From contig NW_003314264.1 of assembly GCF_000143415.4 (NCBI RefSeq), positions 724,774-788,773 on the forward strand: 64,000 nucleotides of DNA. Direction: 5' to 3'. Under the pieces are notes generated by a model, which ran no database searches, had not been told where the DNA came from, and saw only the letters and a program-made list of their open reading frames with translations. This document shows positions 14,343 through 26,915 of the stretch, piece by piece. This DNA is from Selaginella moellendorffii (taxonomy: Eukaryota > Plantae > Lycopodiophyta). Numbering within the stretch: position 1 is the stretch's first letter; each line of letters opens with the position of its first letter. The translations under genes were made by a program, and so were the position numbers.

Positions 14343-16118
14343 TGTAAGCGACTAATTTTTCCATTCTACTTTAGTCACTTAACCACACCTTTGACCACTT
14401 GAAGGAGTCTCACTCACAACCTCCTTAAGTCCAATTTAGGGCTTGGGACTTACTAGCTCCGAGAATGGCATCCATGCCACTCATCCCTTACACTTAGTCC
14501 AAGTGCTCCACGTGTCCGGTCCCAAGACCGACACCCCAAGGTACCACCGACATACTAGCCCGTTACGCTAAGGCCATGCCCCTTTACCTTGGTCATACCG
14601 GTGGTCTAACACCACCTGCATCACAATCCCTTCTCTCAAGGACTGGACCATCCGTCCATGAGTGATCATTCTAGATCCACTCCTTAGCATCCTTCGGATG
14701 CCCACAGACGTGTGGAATAGCCTTCCCCAATATCCCTTTTCTGGTCCCCACCAAGTCCCTTTCTGCCCATGGCCGTGTTCACCAACACTACCACTGGATC
14801 GAGGCCCACCGGCCCGACCATTAAGTCCCATGGTCCTCTGGGACTTCCTCACCACACAACTGTGTCCTTGGTCACAACCCCAGAGGACTGCTCCTCTTCC
14901 TTTCCACAGTCTGGGCCTTTGGGACAACATTTCGGAACACCGTGGCCTTACGCGAGCCACCTGGGTACTCTCCCCACCTTTCGCCTTTAGGTGCTCTAGC
15001 CATGGGCTTAGAGCGAGGTTCCGTTGAGCCACGCCTGGTATCCAAGTAAGTAGTGCCACCCACACTTGGACTGGGAGCATCAGCCAATCGGGGGAACTAC
15101 AGCCGGCTCTTGAACACTTCACCAAGCTACCCCGCTTGTCGGTCTGTATTCACTCTAGTTTTGGACTTCCTAGTGGTCAGTTCATCACCCAACACTGGGT
15201 CTGGCCTTCCCGGGCCAAACTGGCCTTTCCTGGCCAAACTGGCTCCATTGCAGTCCTCCCCCCCACTATACTTTTGGAGCTCACCAAACCCCCCAGGGTC
15301 TGGGAGACGAACGCTTTGGGCTTTCACCCTCTCAGACTCGGACTCGGACTCGGATTCGGACTCGGACTCGAACTTGGACTCGGACTCGGACTCGGACTCG
15401 GACTCGGACTCGGGCTCAGGCTCGGACTCAGCCTTGGGCTCGGGCTCGGGCTCGGTCCCAGTCTCGGTCCCGGTCTCGGTCCCGGTCTCGGTCCCAGTCT
15501 CGGTCTCGACCTCGGACTCCATCTCGGGTCCTTCTCAGACTCCATCTCGGACTCCATCTCGGGCTCCGTCTCGGTCCATCTCGGACTCCATCTCGGACTC
15601 CATCTCGGACTCCATCTCGGACTCCATCTCGGGTCCATCTCGGACTCCGTCTTGGTCCACCTCGGACTCCATCTCGAACTTCATCTCGGACTCCATCTCG
15701 GGTCCATCTCGAACTCCGTCTCGGTCCACCTCGGACTCTATCTCGGACTCCATCTCGGGTCCATCTTGGACTCCATCTTGGACTCCATCTCGGACTCCAT
15801 CTCGGGTCCATCTCGGACTCCGTCTCGGTCCACCTCGGACTCCACTTCGGGTCCATCTCGGATTCCATCTCGGGTCCATCTCGGACTCTTCCACATGTCA
15901 TGTGTTGGTCCTTTTGGGTCCCTTTTTGGAGCCTCGCTTATTGCTCGCTTTGTGCTTGTTCCTCAAGCACTTTGTTGGGAGTTCCACTCCCGCTCTCGAC
16001 CTTCCAAGTCGGAGCTTTTAGTCCAAACGGGTCACGCTCGTTTGGCTTTCACTTCAGCCACTACCACGTGGCACCCTTTCCAGCTCCACTTTGGGGCCTA
16101 GGGATTTTGTGTCTCACA
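14343..16118. mobile_element. Solo LTR inserted in the transposase gene
   Basis: TGTAAG...CTCACA termini and a 5-bp TSD CTAGA (14338-14342, 16119-16123). Copy 2 has a single CTAGA at the equivalent site (about 42538). Confidence 0.95.
15330..15890. repeat. Tandem (CTCGGA)n / (CTCCATCTCGGA)n minisatellite within the LTR
   Basis: Directly visible; related decayed arrays at about 2760-2975, 28480-29000 and 50262-50340. Confidence 0.95.
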
Positions 16119-19100
16119 CTAGATTGGCTCAGCTTCCTGTAGCCATTACTCTGGAGTTCCCGATTCACATCTTCCAATATGGCCCCCTTGGTATACATGG
16201 AAGGGAGAACTCGTTAGGTGTTTCGTGTTCCATCTTCCAAGAGGCGGGTTTTATGTGGTTGCTGCTCGCTACATGTCTCGACAAACCTCTTGAAGATTGC
16301 TTCTCCATATACAACATGACCCCTGGTTTTGTGCGTACCGTCGTTCCCATGGACTGCCTGTTGAACCCTTTGTTCCTTGAACTCAGTTTTGATTCTGTAG
16401 AATGTGGTTTGAGGGACTCCATAAATGATTCTCCATGCCTTCATGCAGACCAAACCCCTCTGGAAGACCATGCCCCCCACCTGATGTTCTGAAGCATCAA
16501 CAGATGACCGTAATGCCTCATACACAAAATTGCGAGCTGCCTTCCAGGACAATGTCTTGTATCTTGCTCTCTCCTCTTCAATAGCATCCCAATCAGCATG
16601 TTGACAGCACCTCCTCTTGCAACAAGCAATTGTCGAGACCATTCGAACCTCCATCGCCATTTTCTGCCTTTTCGGTTCGTTGCTCAGATCCCTTTGGCTG
16701 CGCTTTAGGAAGGTGTACTTTCTTTTCCCATGAAGAGATGTTCTATCATCAGTTGTAGTGGTGTTTGATTGTGAATCCTTCACATTCTCAAACACTAAGT
16801 GCCTCAATTTCCACCGCACAATGCTTCCAATAGTCAGACTGTTTTCTTCTGTGTCAACAACCTCTAAAATCGCAACTCCAATATCATCCCAGCCCAATTC
16901 TTGATTAGCAACCGCATCTCTTGGATCGACAACTGTGGCTAAGCCCTCAGCTACCACCTCCCCCTCGGGGTTGTTTAGAAACACCTTTGCCTGAATCCAT
17001 GTAACACGGTTCTTAAGATCCACGGAGGGAACATGCGTCGCACTTGCACTGTCCCCAACATCTGCTTTCTTCTGAAGATTTTTCAAGGCAACAACAACAT
17101 TTACCCGACAACCATCTCTCCTCGTTCAATAGCGACCACATTCCCATCGAAGACAGTCTCTACTGATATAGCAGCATTGCCTTCCCCAAGCCTTTGACAG
17201 TGTATAACAAAGTTCCGATCCATAGACACAAGGGTCCCTTTTGCAACTCTCTTCCCACCATTCAAAATGTAAACCTTTTCTCCAACCCTGAAGGCCATTC
17301 TGAAAGTGCAGAAAAGAAGTTAAGACCATACAAAACATGATTGGAGAATGGCCTAAATCATAACATACCAAACAACCTCAATAGCATGAGGCCACATGCC
17401 ATTATTCAAACATGCTATTGACACCCACGTGAAATTTCGCATTCACAAAATTGGCATGAGGCCTCATGCCATCTTGATATACACACAGCTGCAGGCAAGT
17501 AAAAACATACACGCTAGCCATGAAATTGCAAGGGCCCAAGATGGCATGTGGCCTCATGCCATTTCTAAATGTGGTCCTAAGCCATTCCATGGTGAACATA
17601 CCGAATATCAGTGCCGAATATCAAGAGGAAGCGGTAGCCACACCAAAGACAGTGCCGCTCGCAACACCGCAACTACTCGTAGCGCCGCTCGCAACATCGC
17701 AACTGCTCGTAGCACCGCTCGCACAAACTGCCACTTGCATAAACTGCCGCTCGCAATGGCGCTCGCAATGCCGCAACCGTTTGTAGACGCATAAACCACA
17801 GCTCACAACGTCGCTTACACAAGCAACGCTCACTGCGCTCAGCGGAACCAAGAACACGGCGCACAAAAATGATAGACCTAGGAATGAGTTCGAGAATTCA
17901 AAAATAACACACGCTTGAACGTCACATCAAATCCTCTGACAAACCAGATCTTATGATTCCTCTGACAAATTTCAAACTGAGTAGCTTCTAGACTTTGCTG
18001 TCGGACGTTGAACTTTGTCACATCATGTCCTTGCCTCGATCCAGCTGTGCCATATCAGTGATTCGAACTTTGCCATGCCGTGTTAGCGATCCGCGCCAAG
18101 ATTATTCGTCGTGTAAAGGAATAATTATGCTGTGTGTGTATGTCCATTTATGGCAATATAAGGCCACATGCCATTCAAAGAATAATGCTAGTCGAGCATT
18201 TTTTGGTGCATTTTTGAGTTCAAAATTGCATGCTATAAAGTTTACCTGTACCAAAAATAGAAACAGCTTTATTTACTTGGGAATTTAAGTGGTTGAGGCA
18301 TTTTTAAACTTACAAACACATGCCCTACTTACATTCCTTTGGTTGCTTAAAATTCAAAAATATTATAAACCTTTCTTTTTGCATTTTCAATGTTTTCAAT
18401 TATGGTTTTTGATTTTCGCAGGACCAGCCTAGTAATCTATTTGCATCTCGTCATGTTTATAGCTAGCTTTTGTTTGTCCCCTTCGCTAGCCTGAGATACA
18501 TCTGCTCGGCATCTGCCTCTTACAGCATTTGCCCAGAAAGGGCATCTTTCTTCACGTAGCATTTCCCACATGTTTAGGGTTTAGGGTTAGCAATTCAGTA
18601 GCTTGATAAACATGCAAATACAGAACTTGAGGCAAAATCCTTTGATATATCACAATGCCCCTAGGACCATAAACACATTTCAATAGAGAGGGTCCTTTCA
18701 TTTCATAACTCCTTACGTAGATCTTGGTGAAACCAGAGTTAGTGAAGTTAGTTTCTTGTGATCCCGCATCTGATTGTGATGTCCCTTTGCAGTGTCGATG
18801 GAAAGGTCAATGCACACCAAAGTGTAGAATCTTGGAGCAAAATAACGGTCGGATCTATGGCAAATGCCCCTGAAACATTGTAAGGCTCGTGTGGTCTCAT
18901 GTGGTGTCCGATCGAGATGCTTCTTTGTAGGTCATCAAGAAGGACATTGTATACCATTCTTTATTTAGCTGAACATCTGGCATTTTTGGAAATACAAGAT
19001 GCTTTGGAATATCCAATCATGCATGGTATAAATATAGCGAGGGTATTAAATGATATCCCAATCATGATCTTTCTTTTGGATTTCGCGTGCATGCAGTCCG

Positions 19101-19628
19101 AGGAATGATGACGTTGTGGATTTCTTTTGGATTTCACGTGCATGCATGCACGCGGCGATCTAGAAATTAATGGTGGTGCCCAAGTCCCAGGAATGATGAC
19201 GTTGTGGGATTACCAACCATCGTGACATTTCGTGCATGTGAGGTTAGGTTTTGCATCGTACTCGTGCTCCCACACTCATGCTCGCATCACGCTCCCACTC
19301 GCGATCACGCTCATATTTGCGCTCATCTACCTTCTCTACAGGTTTCTCGTGTGCATCGGCGTCCACTCGCGCTTGCATCACACTCGCGCTCGCATCGCGC
19401 TCGTATGCATCGGCATCCACTTCAAGACACACCTAGTTTGTAACTTCGCCGCCAACTCCGCCGCCCACTCCGCCACCCACACGCAGCCCACTTGGCGTCC
19501 TGGGAGATTTTAGCGCCACTCTCCAACTGTAAGTGGCAGAGTAGCCTTGCTGCTAAGATCCGCTCCACACACAGTGCACATTCGCCAGCGAGTCCAGCCT
19601 CAATTGTCACACCTCCATTTAGCTTCAA

Positions 19629-22600
19629 ATGGTAAGTCTTTTAGGCCAAGTAGAAAATGGCATGAGGCCACATGCCATTCAGTAGCAATATTGGTATGCA
19701 CCGATTGGGCTCTCGAGTGCAGTCTGGTTACAGATGGCGTGTAGCCTCACGCCATCTTAGGATGCAGCCTCAAGACATCTGATGCAATGGTGAATGGCGT
19801 GTGGCCTCACGTTATTTCCAGCTACTAGCTTTTCATCTGTCAGCTTTAATTGTTGTGCATTTCTAAACAGGCGAGGAATTGCGTTCTTCTTCCAGCCACT
19901 GTCAATGTGGATGCAGAGAAGGGGGAGGAGCTCACCAGTTGGACTTTTGGGATGGAAGGCGAGGATCTGAGGCTGTACAACACAGATGGTGGGAGAAAAG
20001 AATGCATGGGGATCCTCATCCAAGTGACAGACACTCCATGCAGTTCCATGCAAGAATATGGACTGGCACTTGTGGTAGAGACAGCGTCCGCCTTCAAGAT
20101 CCACCTTGCACATCCTAGCGGCTTTCCGGAGGGGGGCAGCGGCTATGAGGAATTCCTAGAGGGAGCTAGGGAGAGGTTGTCCAGGAGGCCCACAATTTCA
20201 AAGACGCTGCGGGTCTATGAAGATCACATGGAATCCACGGACCTCACCTATGGCGATGTTCAAAAACTATATTCCAACATTGAGCCGTTGAGAGTGCCTT
20301 CAGTTCGCGAAGCGAAGGGGAAGGGGGTCGATCTAGAAACTACCCCGAAGCAGAAAAGGGTGGTCAAACTCAAGCCGACGTCCGACTCTCCTGCTCCAAA
20401 AAAGAAGCTACTCAGGGATGCCATTGCCTCGGGTTCGAACACTACACCCACCAAAAAGAAGAGCCGCAAAGAGCAGAAAGAGCAAGAAGAGGCAGCAAAA
20501 ATCGTCGCAGATAATAGTACTTGTTACTATTCCAACAAAGTATATACAATCGACGTGAGCCGTATCGACATCCAAAGCAAATACAACCACAGGCTAGTAT
20601 TTGATGAGTGGGTGGAGAAACTGAAGTAGAAGATGCTGGCAAGTCTAGTAACACCCGACATTGCAGACGTGATCCTCTACTACCAAAAAATGAAGGGCAA
20701 GACGAGGTTTCCAGACTTGATCAATAGGAAGGTGTTGGACGATCAGAACATCCGGTTCTATGCCGTCTCCGGGCAGCATTCTAGCTTGGTGATGCAAGAG
20801 ATAGTTGTGGATATTATGGTGGGTGAGGAGGTGAAGAAAGTCTTCAAGACAAGAGTTGTCCGCCTGATAAAAGGCAACTCGCCCCTCCGATCTATCATAT
20901 ACATCTCCCACGCGCAGAATGTCAAGCAAGAAACGTGCTACAAATCGGGTCTGCACGAGACATTGGCACGAACACGGAAGCTCTGGGTTCAACTGAAGAA
21001 GCCACAAAACCAGGACAAGGACGTGCACTAGCAACTAGCGCCTGGCAGGTAAGCCTCGTTGCATGTGGCATAGCATGCGGCCTCACGCCATTTCCATTGC
21101 AGGAATTCTTGAGTCTTCTCTCGAAAACACTAGGGGTCAATGACACACTCAGCATCCATAACATTCTACTCGCGACAAAAGTTGTTTTTGACAAATGGGT
21201 AGATGTGCTAAGGAGGTACCATGACGGGGAGTTGCTAAACTCAATCGGTGTGGAGGACGGCCGGAAGCCCAATGATTTGAAGCTCAACGCCTTGCGTTTC
21301 TCGCGGTCTATAGACGACGACGACCTTCTGACAGTGGCTAATGCTCTTTTACGTGGTGAGGTAGTCTTCAACAAGACCAAAATGACTCCCGGCCATATTG
21401 TGACATACGAGGACTTGTGCACGACTCTGAGAGCTCGTGCGCTATTGAAGGATTGGATCTTCGAGCAAGTGGCTGTAGAGAGGGTGAGCATCGATACCAC
21501 GCAAGAGATGATGGAAGCGCTGGAGTTGTCAAATGAAGACATCGACGAGTACGTGAAGGGGGCCCCCAAGTTCATCGATCAGCTGCGGGATGCCACGAAA
21601 AGTAAAGCTGAGAAGTTGGATCAGTATCCAAATTTCATTAATAGGGATGTCGACCGCCGGCTTCAGAAACAGCTCGACCCCGCAGCAGAGGCCTATCGAG
21701 AACCTTACTGGGTATACGTGAATTCGGATGAGGATCAAAGGTGGAGGAGCATCGTTTCCCGTGGAGATGAGCAGGTCAAGAACATCTTTTGTGTGATGGA
21801 CTTCACAAACGAGGAGATCACTCATGCAGACGAAGTCAGCTCCATCATTGACTTAATGGTGGGACTTGCAGAGGTGGAATCTTCAGTCCACTATATGATC
21901 TACGAGTTCGAATCCTATCACAAGTTCTGGAAGGCCTTGAACGAGGTGAAGGCTCGGTTGAAAGGCAAGGAGATGCGGGAGATCCATGGGATAATGGCTA
22001 AGAAGAAGATACCGACGAATGTCCTCATCTTCAACCTCCTGACTCAGATTCCTATGGCAGACTCCCCTTCCCCAATCTCAATGGAGAGGTACAATGGATG
22101 AGGGATGCTTTTCAAGTCAGGGCCACGTTTTTCTCATCTCGTCGTCTTCGAAGGGTGCAAGAACGTGCAGAAACCATGTTAATACAGTCGGGTGAGGATA
22201 CGGTCCTAGGTCACGCACTAAAACAGGCTATGGATGTCTTGTATTTTGAGATGGAGACTCGGCCAGATGATTTTCCCAAGATGGTCCTGGAAGAACAAGC
22301 CATCTAGCCTGAGCAGCCTATGGAAGAAATGCAGGAGGGGGATGAGGAGCCAGAGAAAGATAATGAGCAGGAAGAGCAGAAGGACGAAGAGGAGGACGAA
22401 GAAGAGGAGGACGAAGAGGACTTGGATGGTCCTCACAATGGTGACAATCACAATAATGACGACGACGATGATGACGACGATGGCCAGCCTGAGGTGGCCA
22501 AAGAGCAGCAGAGGAAGGTCATACAAGACAAACCATCAGGTAAATAATAGTACATCCATTCCTAACCTTTTACCATTTCTAACATTGTCCATGTAGGTCG

Positions 22601-24286
22601 CAGAGCAAATGGTAAGTAGAGATTATTCAGTTGAATTAAGAAACTCTAGCCTTTAGTGTCGAGGAAGGATAGTGCCAAGCAAGGGTCGAAACGTATGTCC
22701 AATCCTTCAGAATCAGCAGTGTGCCCAAGTGATATCGGTCCTAGTTCCTCAATAGCAGTTGATGGTAAATATAGTATAGTCGATTCAATGTGCTAATGAG
22801 TTTGTTTTTAGTAGCACGGGAGGATACCATCTCAATCGAAGGGAGATATTTGGACATGCATATGGATCCGCCAGTGGACTCTACTTGCCTGCAAGAGTCA
22901 TCAGAGCTGGTGGAGGCTACTATCCATATCAACGCCAAGCAAGCTGACCACGCTCCACTTGATGCTGCCCATACCACTGAGTTAATCTTGTCCACGTATC
23001 CAACTAACGGTGACCAGGCGCCATTGGACCCGCATGAGGCCGCCCCAGCCGCCGAGCCGGTTGTATCCTCATTTCCAACGGACTCAACGTGTGCCCAATC
23101 GTCTGACTACGTGCCGTTGGAACCTCCCTACACCGCCCCTGCTGCCTGTTCAGTCATGTCCACTTTGCCAACGGAGGCACCAGCTGAAATGGCGTGTGAT
23201 CACACGCCATCGAAACCACCGCATGCCACTGTTGAGCCAGTTGTACCAGAGTCTACAGCTGAAATGGCATGTGCCCACACACCATCGGATGTGATTGACC
23301 CCACATTGCAGAGGAGAGTATTTCTGCCCTTCACGTTTCCTCGACTAAAACCCTCTCAACGACCATCAGGGAGCACCATTCGCTAATATTGTAGATGGTA
23401 AAATTGACTTGTACCATTTTTTATGCTGACGCATTTCATTTCACAGTCACGGTGAAGGTACTGTATCGTTTTTGATCTGAACGGTGTCCTTTTCTCCCAT
23501 GAGCGTGGCTCGTCCTCGAATGTCACTGCACCCTCCAAAGCCTGCGGTCGCAAGTTGGTCAAAAGAGACAGATTCACATTAATCACACGGGAGAAATTGC
23601 GGGATCTAATAATGACCATGCGACACTTAAAACAAAGGGCCGAGTTCAATTTGCAATTGGGAGTTTGGACATCCATGATGCGCCACAATGCATTAACGTT
23701 GCTACAGATGATGCACGATCAAACGCGAGTAATATTACCATTTGACTTTCTCCTAACGCAGGAGGATTGCTTGACTATGGTCCATGTGAGGGGTAGCAAG
23801 CCCATCTTCGTCAAGCCAGAGACTGTAGTGATGAACCGAACTGCTAGGTCAAGTGAAATCCTCATCATCAATGACTCGCCGATTAAAACTGCAGTGAACA
23901 CGCACACATATGCAGTGCACCCCATCTCTTGCAGTATGGAAACTAGGGAGAAGAAACCGTATGTTCTGGGGGACCTTGCAAAACGGCTTGGAGCGATGGT
24001 GATAGAGAACCGGCCAGTCCAGGAGGTGGCTGCAGAAATCAACCAAATGGCAGATGGAACGGTATATCAGAAGCCATTTGATCGGACAGACACTAGTCAT
24101 CATTTATGGCATGTATATTGTCTAGCCAAGCACTATCCGCATCTCCATAATCTGCTCAACCAGATGGGTTCTTCGACCACTGAACATGAGCGTGGACGTA
24201 TTAGAGAAGAGATGGCATTACTATTGGGTTTAAATCCTGATAGTGTGGAGAGTGATGAAATTCCAAGATTATTGTATAGGCGTTAG
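19629..24286 (+). pseudogene. Transposon cargo gene, copy 1: spliced ParB-like + methyltransferase-like + acidic linker + FCP1/NIF-like HAD domain
   Basis: ATG|GT at 19629-19633, intron to 19870, in-frame exon from 19871. 54-nt intron at 21049-21102. Motifs FYAVSGQHS, IFCVMDFTN, IVFDLNGVL (from about 23465) and ILIINDSPIK. Stop at 20627, frameshift near 21009, and a deletion of about 1.6 kb near 22034 relative to copy 2. Confidence 0.75.
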
Positions 24287-24879
24287 AGGCAAAAAATAAC
24301 AGTCTGAGATGGCATGTATTTATTTAAAAATGTAACTTATTATGGCATGGGGTTCCATGCCATTGTATTAATATTAAAAGACAATTCTTTGAGAGGATTT
24401 ACATTATACTAGAAGTGTTACAGCATGTTATTGGAAGTCTACGAAGTTATTTTATTAATAAGGGGAAAGTAAAGATTGAATGGGGACTTGGGCTCCACCT
24501 AGACTCGGAGCAATTGAGCCAATATTAAAAGGATGGAAAGAAATTGGACGACGATGACAAGGAGAAAAGAGAGGTGAAGCAGTGGCAGGGGGAGGAGAAG
24601 TGATTGAGTAGACATTTTCTTGATTAAAATAAAATGGCATGTGCCTCAATGCAGTTGAATTTTGTTATATTTATATACTATATAAAGGTTTGGAAACCTT
24701 ATTTTAAAAGTGGGATAATGACAATTCCCACTTTAACGAAATAGAGCTTATAGGATAAAGGGTCAAAACCACGTGCGCTACAACGTGCGCGGTAATTTTT
24801 GAAACCTAAAATCACATTCACAATAATATATATATATATTTTTTGTTCTTTTTTGTTACATATATACCATTCAACATAC

Positions 24880-26915
24880 AAAGAAATGATATACCTTTAC
24901 CTACAAAGATATAGAGAGAGACCTAATGCTCAACTCCCTTATCATAAATCAACTTGTTTGCGAAGATTTAGACAACTATTATAAACTCCTTTTTTTATAA
25001 ATATGTCAAAGAGATATAAGTGGGGACTTATGATTAATAGTTATTCTAATGGTTATGGATTGAACCTATACACTGAGGTGCTAAAGTTAGTCTGCCAAAA
25101 TTGACCCAAAAAAAACAAACTAGAGATGTTTGATTTAAAAAATACTAAATATTTTATTGATTTACAAGGTTTATTACATAGTATTATATGACCTACTTTT
25201 TATTACATTTAGCATATCTCACGACATTCTTTGGTGCGACCACCACACTTTTTACAACATAATAAGATGCCTTTAACTTCAACTTTATATTCACTTTCCA
25301 ATACCTCTAGTGGTGGACAAATCTCTTCTTGGATGTGTAAGGTACTAATAAATTGGTATGAAATACATTATGAATATATGATCTCTATAGGAAGATCCAA
25401 TTGATAGAATGCATCACCAACTTGCTTTGACACCTAATAGGGGCTAATATCTTTAAGTAATAGAAATCAAGTTCCATGAGGATAACCATACTTGGTCTCC
25501 CATTTGATAAGTTACATCTAGATGATGTTGATCTTTATAAAATTGATATCTATTTTGTGTTTGCCTATCACCTTAGAAGCTTTAGCATAGATGCTATGTA
25601 TAAGTCTCCATGGGTAGAACTAATATGTTTGTTATCACTTTAGGTACAACTATTTATTAAAGAACTGTAACATCTCCCATAGAGAATAGTAAATTGCACT
25701 GTGAAATATGTTATTATAACAGATTTATGCTATATCCAAATACTCAACCCAATTGTGTTAGTCTGCCCCAATGTAGTACCATAAATAATCGTCAACCTAA
25801 CTCTTCACTCATTTGGTTTGCTCATCTATTTAAGGATGATAAGCTATATTAAACTTCAACTTGATATTGAATAACTAGAATAATATGCCGTAAAAATTCC
25901 TTATAAACCTCAAATCTATATCTAAGATCATCTCTTTAGTAAGTCCATGAATCTATACTACTTCAAGGAAAAAAAGTTTTATTGCTTGTTTAGCATTCAC
26001 TATTTTCACAATTGGGATGAAATGTGCAATCTTCAATAACCAATCTACAACCATCATTAAAGTATTAACTATTTAACTTTGGTAAACAAGTAATAAAGTT
26101 AAGTGTCATACTCTAAAATAGCCACATTAGTCCTATAATGCATTACAACTTCCTAGCGTATTTCTCAATCCTTCTACCACTTTACTATTAGAGTTTTTCT
26201 TCAATAACTCTATATGGTGCAATATCCCAAACATCCTCCCAATCAGTCCCAACTAATTGCTAATATTACTTTGAATTAAGTTTGACAACTCAGTGCTTAT
26301 GGAATTACCAAGTTTATAGATGATGTCAATTAAACTCTAGAATTTAGACTTCTCGGGAAGTTATTCAACTTAGTACTATTTAAACTCAATGAAACTTAAC
26401 CTCAAGTATCCTAAAAATTTTAATTGATTAAAACAAAGGGTGCACTTTTGTTTATGGGCCCTTTCCCTTTATATTTGAACTTTCATAGATTATTTTTGGA
26501 ATCATTTTCTTTGGTTGTTTATACAAATTTAGTAAACATTTTCTGCTAATGATCTTGCTTTGGGATAAGTTTTGGCTATGTTGCAAAGTAGCTTAGTGTG
26601 TTATTATCTATATAAATCTTGATATATCCATCCAAATAGTATCTCCAATATTTTAATGCCAATATTGTAACAAATATCTCTTTCTCGTGCATAGGCTATC
26701 TTTATTGGGTCTCATTCAATTTTTTAGAATAAAATACAACCAACCACATTATCACAATCTTGTTGCAACACAACATAAATAACATAGCTAGATGTATGAT
26801 AATGCATTTCAAAGGGTTTATCAAGATTTCAAATCTTAAGAATATGAACCATAATCAACCATACATAGTATTTCACTGCTTTTACCTTCTTCAAATCCAC
26901 CTCAATTACACCACT
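24880..26915 (-). mobile_element. Highly decayed Gypsy element (3' internal, integrase and RNase H remnants); resumes at about 50635-51040
   Basis: AT-shifted homology to 31870-34340 of the better-preserved Gypsy copy. An RT-like remnant at about 50700-50810 matches 34430-34535. Confidence 0.7.

Larger units (their letters stand above)
12456..17298 (-). pseudogene. DDD-type transposase (Sola-like), disrupted by a frameshift near 17100, a stop at 16214 and a solo LTR
   Basis: Motifs FSKCDEC, CIIHDKMDQKK, LLLQTDNAGSENKN and FLMVGHTHEDVDAMFS, typical of Sola-like RNase H-fold transposases. Colinear with the uninterrupted copy at 41604-44429. Confidence 0.85.
10961..24363. repeat. Dispersed 22-bp palindrome ATGGCRTGWGGCCWCAYGCCAT, about 20 copies in transposon copy 1
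   Basis: Examples start at 11366, 11966, 12126, 12272, 13698, 13755, 17381, 17451, 17541, 19657, 19734, 19794, 21070, 23189, 23264 and 24342. Confidence 0.92.
10735..24749 (-). mobile_element. Large TIR DNA transposon, copy 1 (Sola-like)
   Basis: Perfect 24-bp TIR AAGCTCTATTTCGTTAAAGTGGGA at 10735-10758 and its reverse complement at 24726-24749. 4-bp TSD ATAG at 10731-10734 and 24750-24753. The empty site (CACCATAGGATAAAGG) is visible in the sister LTR at about 4930. Confidence 0.95.
3817..24782 (+). mobile_element. Non-autonomous LARD-like LTR element. 5' LTR 3817-4966; 3' LTR about 9634-10734 plus 24754-24782, split by the DNA transposon
   Basis: TG...CA LTR at 3817-4966 followed by PBS TTTGGTATCAGAG. 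A near-identical second LTR starts at about 9634 and resumes after 24753, ending GCTACA at 24782. The internal region (about 4.6 kb, T/G-rich) has no retroviral ORF. 9300-9630 is homologous to the 3' internal region of the Gypsy element at about 31760-32050. No TSD found. Confidence 0.8.

Noticed and set aside
15053-16101. Long SD-, RD- and LG-repeat ORFs resembling bacterial SD-repeat adhesins
   Set aside because: Artefact of a stop-free hexamer minisatellite inside an LTR, open in several frames; the same applies at about 2750-3020 and 28555-29110.
18573-18588. TTTAGGG telomeric repeats
   Set aside because: Only about two units; at most a telobox in the divergent promoter region, not an interstitial telomere.
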